Assembly (NCBI RefSeq): GCF_009914755.1
Contig: NC_060947.1
From: the human T2T-CHM13v2.0 reference genome, Homo sapiens
DNA: 64,000 nucleotides
Strand: one strand, 5' to 3'
A program made the translations under genes and the position numbers. The notes beneath the pieces were generated by a model. The model was not told where the DNA came from. It did no database searches and worked only from the letters and a program-made list of their open reading frames with translations. Positions 53,336 through 64,000 of this stretch are shown piece after piece (within the stretch, counting starts at the first letter, position 1; the number at the start of each line of letters is the position of its first letter).

Positions 53336-54959
53336 TAATGTTTTTAAGTTTGGAGGATGCAGAGTTAATGAAGTTTTTTTCTCTTTCAGGAGGTACATGA
53401 GCTTTATTAGGAAACCAGGGAACATATTGGCATGTCTGAATGAATGAATCTCAGATTGTTGGGGAGAACCCTGTCTAATGGGCCAAATATTAGCAAATGT
53501 TCTAGACATATTTCAGCTGTATAGACTTCACATAAAAAGTGACTGATGGAGGGCCGTCAGAATGAAGAACGGCATTTACTGTATCTGAAGCTCCTGACTT
53601 CTGGATTCAAATTCTACAATGTCCAGCTTGAGCCTTGATATTGTACCACTTTTATTGTAAAGTACATCATCCTTTCTCCTTAGGTGACAAGCTTTGCCAG
53701 TTTGACATTTATACTTCAAAATATAGGCTACTCCTTGGAAGAAATCTTGTTAATTATTTGCCAGTAGAAAAAGAAGCATGGCTTAAAGTAAATACATACT
53801 GCCAAGCTGCCAATAATTATTTAATACCACTATGTATAGGAAATGATTCATGTCAAATTGCTCTAAATGAATTAGAATGAATTTCTGTCTTTACAGAAAC
53901 TAGACTTGCAATTACTAATACAATAAAATAATATTTGAGACAGGGAGATGGGGAAAACCATTAGTAAAACCAAAACCAAAGATATATTTGAATCAATCTT
54001 GAGGAATAGTATTTATTCTAAAACCAGTTGGAAAATGAGGGAAAGATATCTCACTGGGAAGGAAGGGAGGGAGGTTGCCAGATGATCTAATATTTTATGA
54101 ATCCCTTCTGTTTCTCAGACTCTCTGTAACTTATTTCATTTTATCCCTCAACACCTTCCAAAGTAATTTTTGTGTCACATTTTAGAGATGAAGACACCCA
54201 TACCCCCCGCAACCCCCAAATTTTGGCAAATTGCCCAAGATCAAAGATCTCAAAGGTTTTCAACTGAGATTAAAACCCAAATATTGTTATCTTTGAAGAC
54301 CATTCTTTATGATTTCTTGGAAACTCCCAACTCAGATCCTACAGAGATCTGTAGGGGAATATAAGAAGAAAGCCCATTGCTACAACTATTGTTTGTATTT
54401 TATATCACCTAGTTTATAAACAAAAATTCTTAGTCTCCATTTTTATTGTTCTATGAAACAGTTGAGAAGTAAGGAAGTATTCCTTAGAAAAATTAACACA
54501 GTTTCAAGGATTTTAGAGATAGACACTATAAATCAGCAATATAACTGCTACTTACTCATATTTAAGCCATCCGTTGAGCCAAAGATTTTACCCAGATATG
54601 GTAGTGGGTCAGAAGACTTCATTTTTGTTGCCTAAAAATAGATAAAATAATACGAAGTCTCTATGTTTCGTATTTCTGTTAAGCAAGGAGACACACCACC
54701 ACTCTCAAAACAGTCATGCACAGCATACCTAGCTCAAATACATATATATGTATGGTTTCAAATAAAATATTCCTCTTCAAGGGGTTTGAGCTCTGTGGAA
54801 GAAGGCACATAAACTTAACTTTTCATAGTTAAATAGTTGCTGTGATTAATATTCTTTAAGGTATCATTCTGAGGGTAGATAAAAATTCTTAACCCCTTAC
54901 CTAATTTGCTCCCATTATTTTGGCAGCTGTCTCCTCTTTGTTCTTAAAATTACCCAATC

Positions 54960-55080
54960 ATCCAGGCATGGTGGCTCATGCCTGTAATCTCAGCTACTCA
55001 GGAGGCTGAGATGGGAGAAGTGCTTGAGGCCAGGAGTTTGAGACCAGCCTGAGCAACAAAGTGAGACCCTGTCTCTACAA
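54960..55080 (+). mobile_element. FLAM (free left Alu monomer, FLAM_A-like)
   Basis: Monomer with CAGCTACTCAGGAGGCTGAG and GAGACCCTGTCTCT end; perfect TSD AAAATTACCCAATC at 54946-54959 and 55081-55094. Confidence 0.9.
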
Positions 55081-55189
55081 AAAATTACCCAATCTACTTT
55101 GAACTTATTTACTATCCTGTTCAATTTTGTCCTTGGAAAGTCCCCACAGTGCCATTAATCAAGTTTTATAATTAGAAACTAAATACTGG

Positions 55190-55360
55190 ACATTAATTAT
55201 CATAAGTCAGATAACTTCTTTAAGTTTTAGCTTCCTATTCTGAAAACTGGGAATAAAAATACTGTCTCCCACAGTTGTCAGAAATAAATGAGACAATATT
55301 TGTAAAGCCATAAGCCCAATGCCTGACTCAATAAATGCTAGCTATTATTATTATTGTTAT
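55190..55360 (+). mobile_element. MIR
   Basis: CTTCCTATTCTGAAAACTGGGAATAAAAATAC...AAATGAGACAATATTTGTAAAGC...TCAATAAATGCTAGCTATTATT. Confidence 0.7.
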
Positions 55361-56231
55361 TAATACTGAATCAAATTATAAAACAAGCCTGCCAATTTCA
55401 AACTATCTAAAGTTTTATTTTGCCAATGTGTTTATTTTTCTAAAGAAAAATTTTACTATACTTCCAAAAATATTTGAAGAGCTTACCATTAAAGCCGTAT
55501 TAAAAATAAGGTTTCAAAAATAAGAACAAAAATCAAAAGTCTTGTAAAGTAAACTGCCTCGGAAACATAAGCAATTAAGGCCACTGGTGACTCTCTCCAT
55601 GGGTATTTGAATCCCTTTTCCATCAGAAGAATACTGGAAGAGAGTTAGCTGTTCCTAGAGCTGGTTCTGAGCTTCTAGGCAATAGAGACAGGAAGTTGGA
55701 AATAGGAACTTACACTGTTTTTTCCATGACTGATCAGAGGAAATGCCTGTTCAATGACGAGAGAGCAAAAAGGTTCTGTCTTTAAATTTCAAAAGGAAGT
55801 TATTGATTTGAAACTTCATAATAGAGACATTGACCAATACTATATGCATTATTTACAGAATATGAAGTATTCTGCATTTACACCCATTGTTTTACCTAGC
55901 AACTGGGAAGCACCGAATGTAAGATTGAGCTCTTTGATGAGAGCCCTCACAACAAGTTTGTGCTGTTGAGAGAAAATCTATATTTAGCAACCGTTATCAG
56001 ATCTGTAGGTGGGAAATTTTATTTGAAAAACTGGCAAGTCTGGTATATATAAAATGTTTCCCCCATTCCAGTGAAGAATCAGAGTACTAGAAGAACGAAA
56101 ATAAACTTCCTCAACAAAACAAAAAATTTTGAATTTTTAGAAGTTTATAAGAACCTGGAGAATATACTGGAGAAAAATTAAGAGCATGGGATATCAGTTT
56201 CCCAAAAGCTTAATTCCTAATAACAAGTATT

Positions 56232-56233
<2 letters not shown>

Positions 56234-56283
<50 letters not shown>
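56234..56283. repeat. (TG)n microsatellite, about 24 units
   Basis: Directly visible, nearly pure. Confidence 0.97.
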
Positions 56284-56284
<1 letters not shown>

Positions 56285-56690
56285 ATGAAAATAAAATAGG
56301 AACTTATTTAACAAGAGACTTCAATATTTACATATTTTTCAAAAGTAATGAATAGTACATGATTTCTTATATTTAAAAGCCTGAAGTTATAAATATTGAA
56401 ATTTGTAGATAGAAGTGGCAAAATGTCTAGGAAGGAACATTGGCTAGGACTGACCATAACCTTGCTGAGGAATACTTTTTGGGTAAATGCACAGAAGATG
56501 CGGACAGGCACCAGGATGTCAACTGATTAAGGTCACATAAGAAATAACTGTCAGAGCACTGGAATACTCACTATCTGTATAAGTACATTCTCACCTGTGG
56601 TCAATTCAGTACATATCTAAAAGTTTGCTTCACTAAATAAGAAACAAAGCTAATGTCATGAAAAGTCCCTAAGTTAAAATAGATGAACAA

Positions 56691-57171
56691 TGATGTAAAT
56701 CATCCTATTATAAAGATACATGCAAGCATATGTTCATTGCAGCACTATTCACAATAGCGAAGACATGGAATCAACCCAAATGCCCATCAATGATAGACTA
56801 GATAAACAAAATGTTGTACATACACAGCATGGAATACTATGCAGCCATGAAAAGGAATGAGATCATGTCTTTTGCAGGGACCTGGGTGGAGCTGGAAGCC
56901 ATTATCCTCAGCAAACTAACACAGGAACAGAAAACCAAACACCTCATGTTCTCACTCATAAATGGGAGCTGAGCAATGAGAACACATGGACACAGGGAGG
57001 GGAACAACACACAGGGGCCTGTTGGTAGGGGAGGGAGGGCATCAGGAAAAATAGCTAATATATGCTGGGCTTAATACCTAGGTGATGGGTTCAAAGGTGC
57101 AGCAAACCACTATGGCACACGTTTACTTAGGTAACCTGCACATCCTGCGCGTGTATCCTGGAACTTAAGAT
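56691..57171 (+). mobile_element. Older L1PA (about PA10-13) 3' end
   Basis: GTTCATTGCAGCACTATTCACAATAGC...GCTGGGCTTAATACCTAGGTGATGGG; TSD AAA(T/C)AGATGAACAA at 56677-56690 and 57172-57185. Confidence 0.9.
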
Positions 57172-57417
57172 AAACAGATGAACAAATCTTCCTATTTCAG
57201 GAGTTGCTTCACTACTGGGACAGAGGTATTTGAAATCTCTTGTCAAAAACTTTCTTTGATAGAGCTGTGTACCCATTGTTGAAATTTCATATCTATTCAT
57301 CACTTTTATTTATGCTTCACTGTGATGTTCTGTAAATACTAACTTTCTCTTTGCATCTCTTGGTACACGTCTATGTTGCAGTTTTGGCACACTGACATAT
57401 TCCTTATTTGCCTGGAA

Positions 57418-57580
57418 CAGTGGTTTTCAATGCTGGCTGCACATTAAAATCACCTGGGGAGCTTTTAAGTATATCAATTTCATCAGTTAAGTCAAAGGCC
57501 CTGGGATTGGGGCTCAGGCATTGGCAGGTTGCAAAAACTCTCCAGGTGATTCTAATGTGTAGCCAGGGTAAGAACCACTG
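57418..57580 (+). mobile_element. MER5-family MITE
   Basis: TIRs CAGTGGTTTTC / AGAACCACTG; TCACCTGGGGAGCTTTTAA; CCAGGTGATTCTAATGTG. Confidence 0.85.
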
Positions 57581-57848
57581 GGCTAGAGCCTTGGAGAAGG
57601 TTGTTTATTTAACCTTTTAAATCTGTTTTCTTTTTCCTTAGGGTTGACTGTGTTACAACAGGTTATACCTCTATGTAGTACCTTTACATGTTTATTTTCA
57701 GAAGGCTGTCTATTTCTGTATTTCCAATTTCTTGGGGATATCTCTGTAGCTTCAAAGAACAATCAATAATAAACGAATGCTATACTTTAAAATGATTTAG
57801 TTATACCAAGTTAGGGCTTTTCATTGGTCTTCCTCAATATTTGAATAT

Positions 57849-58280
57849 GCAGTGTTTTTCAACCTTGACTGCACTTTGTAAACACTTAGGGATTTTTAAA
57901 AAAATATTGTTGCCCTGGTGGGGTCTTATCCCCACAAATTCTGATGAAACTGATCTGGGTTTCAGCCTGGATATTGGGATGCAAAACAAAGCTCCTCAGG
58001 TGATACTATTAATAGACTCTTAGCAGATAACTCTTGTAAATATTTTTAAGATAGGTAAAATGCATGGTAGGTAAATGATATGCTAATCCCTGGTCAAACT
58101 AAGGCAGCCAGTCAACCTTGGTTCCATGTGGGAATTGCTTGGGATCAGGGAGCTTTAAAAAATACTGATGCCTATGCCCTAGCAATTATGATGTAATAAG
58201 CTTTGGGTGTAAGCTGAATTTTGGGACTCTCCAAATCTTCCCTGGTGATTTCTGATATGCAGCAAAGTTTGAGAACCATA
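57849..58280 (+). mobile_element. Two further MER5-family fragments (about 57849-58005 and 58089-58280)
   Basis: CAGTGTTTTTCAACCTTGACTGCAC...AAGCTCCTCAGGTGAT; GGGAGCTTTAAAAAATACTGATGCC...GCAGCAAAGTTTGAGAACCA. Confidence 0.65.
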
Positions 58281-58315
58281 GTTTAGCCTGGTCTACTGTA
58301 TTTAGCCTGGTCTAC

Positions 58316-59205
<890 letters not shown>

Positions 59206-60899
59206 TCTACCAAACACGTATCTGTTTAGTCCATTTCAATAGTTTAAATCATACTAAGGATATTTTAAAGGGCACTTGTATGTGAATTTTATTGAATACA
59301 GGCTTAAATGACTTAGTAAATTGACAGTATATTCCTGCTTCTTTTTGTTCATATGTGTTTCAGAAGAAAAGATACAAACAGAAAATTGAATATGGTACAC
59401 AGTCTACAGTTCATTAATTTTGATTTACTTATTGTTCAAACCTCTGTTAGTGAATTTTTTCTTTCTTTGATCTGATCTCTTTTGTCTTGTGTTGAATGGG
59501 AATTTCTAGAGGGCAACCCAATCCCTTTAACATGCTTTGTTGCCCGTTGAACACATCCCCATACGTCTTTCCGGAATTCAGTTGGATTATCAATTATTTT
59601 TCCAGAGTTCAATTGGACTTACATAAGTAGCTGCCTATTAAATCCCCACTAAGGCTGACTCTCAGAACCCAGCGGACACTCAGAGGGTACAGGTGAACCC
59701 AGGTTTGACATTTGGCCTCATTTCCGCCTCTCTCTTTGAGAAGAGTGAAGCACCTGTATAGCATTATTGAACAGACCTTCCAGAAACCGTTTGTCTTACT
59801 TGAAAAAGGGTCTCTTTCAAAAGGAAAACTCATACGTTTAACTAGTGACAATAAAGTAGAGGAGAGGATATTGATTTTTTTTTTTTTGGAAACCAAGCAC
59901 ACAGTTTTTATTACAGTTCAACAAAATTGCCAATATCCTTCTTAAAGCATTTTAATAAAATTGACATCCTTGGCAGAGAAACAGAGCAAGTCTTTCATTT
60001 TCAGACAGTTGCCACTGGGGGTCACCATTACAATTGCTAAGCTTTGCCTGCAGTTCCAGAGCCACGGCAGCAACTCGCCTAAAATGACGGAGAAGATGAG
60101 GGAAGGACTAATGTCTTTCAAGCAGCTTTTTTTCCTTAGTGTCGCATGGAGGCATTGTTCAAAGATAAGTATTTGTGTTTTGTGGGTAGGATACTCACCT
60201 GTGGTAAGAAGGGGTTCAATAAATTGTCTGTCCAATAGATAAAACAATTCTTCATAGTTATAGCTTATTTCTGAGGTTTGTGCCAGCCCTCAGAGAGGGT
60301 GATCAATATGCACTTTTCTGCTCTTCTGAATTTTTCAGAAATTAAACTAGGATTTGTCTGCAGCATGTTTTTTTAAATCACTCAACCTTGTTTTCTTTAT
60401 TTTATGAGTATATCAACCCTTACTGTCTTATTAGTCAATACATTGTTTCTGCCTAGAAAATCCCTTTAGCTGTTTGCTTCTTACATATTAAATCACTGTC
60501 ATTGCCATTACATAAGGGAAATCAAATGAATAACCAAACCAAAGCCAGCTTCCCCTAGAGTGTGAGTCATCATAGGACAAACAGGACTTTTGGACCATGT
60601 GAGGATATGTATGTATAAATTGTGCAATACAGGCACTCAGGAGAAGCAATCCGGGCAGGAGAGGGGGCCATGACAGCAGATGGCACTCCTGACTGTGTCT
60701 TAAACAGGGTATCTTAACTATTGGGTGGACTCCACTTATGTTTAACTTCTCCCAAGTAAAGCATCCCTTTCCGTAAAATTCTCTTGACCTTCATTGTTCA
60801 CTCAGTACATTTAATCAACATTTCCCAAATATTCCCATGGTAAAAACTATGGCTAAAACAATACATAACACGGAATTACTGCCCTCAAGGATCACTTCC

Positions 60900-61042
60900 T
60901 GAGGTGTGACTTGTGCACACGGGGCCTTCTGCTCAGAAGTCCCCCTCTCCCATCATTGTCTTAAAATTCTTAATAATTTTGAAACAAGGGGCCTTGCATT
61001 TTCATTTTGTTTTGAACCTTGAAAATTATTTAGCTGGTTCTG
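60900..61042. mobile_element. MER91A-like MITE
   Basis: CTGCTCAGAAG...GTCTTAAAATTCTTAATAATTTTGAAACAAGGGGCCTTGCATTTTCATTTTG. Confidence 0.65.
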
Positions 61043-61659
61043 ACTGCCCCAAAGGGGCTAATACTATACAGGGGAGAGGAAAAAAATAAAGTGTACTTGG
61101 TAATGTAATGCCAAGATTTCAGATGTGATCTATTAGCTGTATGAACAAAAGAGACCATAGAAAGAGTATTATCCTATTTGCAGGGAAGTGGAGCGAATTT
61201 AGGAAAGGTTTCTTCATAATTCCCATATTACTAAGTACTTACGTGCAAGGTATTCAAATATGAATTGACCATGAACCCTGCCCATCTCAAGTTAACTCAG
61301 TATATGAAAAACTTATATAGGGCAGAATGAGCTTGATCAGATTAGGTAGGACATGTGACTAGGATCGAGTGTTTGTGTGAATAACATATTTTTCCTACTT
61401 TTATGCTTTTTTTTTTCTTTTTTTTCAAATCTATCCCATGCAGGTCTGCTAGACCAATCTTTCTAACACATTCCTTTGAAAACTCCCTTATTCAAAAATG
61501 CTCATAGGATCCTCGTTGCTTCAAGATAAATTCTAGACCCCTTAGCATGGCATTCAAGATATCCTGCAGTATTGCTCCAGCGTTCATTTTTAACCTAATG
61601 CTTTATTATTCTATGTGATTCCTTTGACTTTGATCAAAATAGGCCATCTGAAATCCTAA

Positions 61660-61782
61660 TGTTTCAGTTATCTGTTGTTGTGTAAGAGATTACTCCCAAA
61701 TTTAGCAGCTTTAAACAATAAACATTTATTATCTCAGTTTCTGTGGGTTAGGAATCTGGGAGCAGCTTAGCTGAGTGGTTCT
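61660..61782 (-). mobile_element. MLT1E/F-like LTR 3' fragment
   Basis: CCCAAATTTAGCAGCTTTAAACAATAAACATTTATTATCTCAGTTTCTGTGGGTTAGGAATCTGGG. Confidence 0.7.
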
Positions 61783-62289
61783 ATACTTGGCAAAAGTAAA
61801 AGAAGCCAGAGAAAGAAGCTGGCAATACAAAGGGAAGCAGAAACAGTGAATCTCAGACATAAATGGGGTAGTATATCTAGAGAAAGGAGTGAAGATGCTA
61901 CCAAATTCTCAGACATCTTGGTTGAATTGAACCATTTTACTTGGTAAAAAATTCCGCCCTCCTGAAATGCTGGCTGAAGGCAAGGGGATTTTGGAATGGG
62001 CCATGGAGAAATGAGAGTTATGGAGTTATTTTTCTCACTTATTGAATTATTTGGATTTTAGTTGTTGTTGCTGGCTTAATGCTGTTCTGGCTTTTATTCA
62101 CTTTTGTATATGAGGTATGTTCTTCATGGTTAAATATATCATTTAGCTCAGGGATGTAGAGTGATGAAAACCAGCACCTGGATAGGTAGTGACAGCATTC
62201 AGGGAGAAATGGACATTCCCTGGGAATCATGGACTCTGAAACCAACAAACAACTTTTCCATTGGTTCCCAAAGCACCTCTCTTATATGA

Positions 62290-62753
<464 letters not shown>

Positions 62754-63775
62754 GAGTGGCTGTCATCTTATATGGGAAAACAGATTACATTTGCAGTTAT
62801 TCAGAGGATAGTTGGAATATATTGGTTATGGCTCATATTTGAAGTTATATGCTTAGGAAGAAGCTTGTTGTGTTCCTGGCAGCAAGCAAAGGTTGAAATG
62901 TACTGCGTATATACTTCTGCCATTGTAAAATATTTGACCAGATCCAGAAACCAGAGGCATGTCGTTTGGAGACTTTCTTCATGTTGACAGGATCCATTTG
63001 TTAACCACCCATTAATTCAACCTTTGAACTCACTTAGTATGCTAGTAAGTCCTAATTGTTCCATCCGAGCCATAAGGGTATTATGACACTGGTCAAACAA
63101 ACCCAGAAGTGAAGTAAGAAGAAAAGAACAAAGGAGAGAAGGAGAGCAATGCTGCCCTTTTACATAAAGGTGCCTTTGGGATTATGGGCTCTCTCTGTCC
63201 TTGATCTTGGATGTCTGTCTCTATTTATATTTAATGGTTGTTCTGGGACCTGGGACAAGCTTGTCACCATGGGGCTGGAAGTGAAGGTACATTTTCTAAG
63301 GAGGAGATGGCTTTCAAATAATGGCCTAAAACTATTGCAGTGTTCTGTGACAAATCTCCTGTGGCCCTGCCCTAGTTAGAACTCTGGAAATGAAGTTACT
63401 TTGGTGTGGATTAGAATAAAGGAAATGAAAGGTTGGAAGAAATCTGAAAGGGCATCTTGTGTAACCTGTGCCTGAATTCCCTTTAAAAAGCAGCCTCTGT
63501 CATGCAGATAAGCCCACACTTATACAAGCTTGTCAGTGACAGAAAAGTTTTTACTGCATAGAAATCCTGGCATATGTTGTACTGAACTCTATTTTCCCAT
63601 AGCTGCTTCTCATTGTTTTTTGGCAGTTATAATGAGAAAATGGAATCTCTCACAAAACAGTTTTTAAATTTTTTTATACATCATGATTTCTAAACACAAG
63701 TAAGCCAATACAGCTGTGCTTTCTTGATGATACAGTGAAAAGATTCAAAGTTTTTAACTTTAAAACCTAACCTTG

Positions 63776-64000
63776 TGTATTACTCCGTTCTCATTCTGCT
63801 AATAAAGACATACCTGAGACTGGGTAATTTATAAAGGACAGAGGTTTAATTTACTCACAGTTCAGCATGGTTGGGGAGGCATCAAGAAATTTTCAAGGCA
63901 GAAGGGGAAGCAAACACGTCCTCCTTCACATGGTGGCAGCAGCAAGGGGAAGTGCCAAGCAAAAGGGAGAAAACCTCTTATTAAACCATCAGATCTCTTG
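63776..64000 (-). mobile_element. THE1D/MSTA-like LTR, truncated by window end
   Basis: TGTATTA...GCTAATAAAGACATACCTGAGACTGGGTAATTTATAAAGG...AAACCATCAGATCTC. Confidence 0.88.

Noticed and set aside
61900-62030. Possible ERVL internal-region remnant (GAAATGCTGGCTGAAGGCAAGGGGATTTTGGAATGGG)
   Set aside because: Resemblance too short to assign without a profile search

Overview
Primate (human-like) AT-rich non-coding DNA, intronic or intergenic, made largely of interspersed repeats. These include 11 Alu/FLAM insertions (none clearly AluY), L1s of many ages (L1PA to L1ME), L2/MIR, many MaLR/ERVL LTRs (one a complete LTR-int-LTR THE1C-like provirus at 44673-47005) and DNA transposons (MER2, MER5, MER53, MER58A, MER91A, Charlie1). 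I found no supportable protein-coding gene, RNA gene or CRISPR array; the supplied ORFs are mostly repeat-derived or chance ORFs. I do not see a new biological system. The best signals are molecular fossils readable in the sequence: two locally templated insertions with microhomology or hairpin junctions (3523-3809, 11328-11356), two twin-primed inverted L1s (one with a short 3' transduction), a trimeric Alu under one TSD, a young 37-bp VNTR and a 16-nt TSD-flanked micro-insertion inside an old MLT1 LTR, and an unusually CpG-preserved Alu inside an MLT2A LTR next to a unique candidate regulatory segment. Subfamily names are from recall of consensus sequences, not a database search, and boundaries of old elements are approximate.
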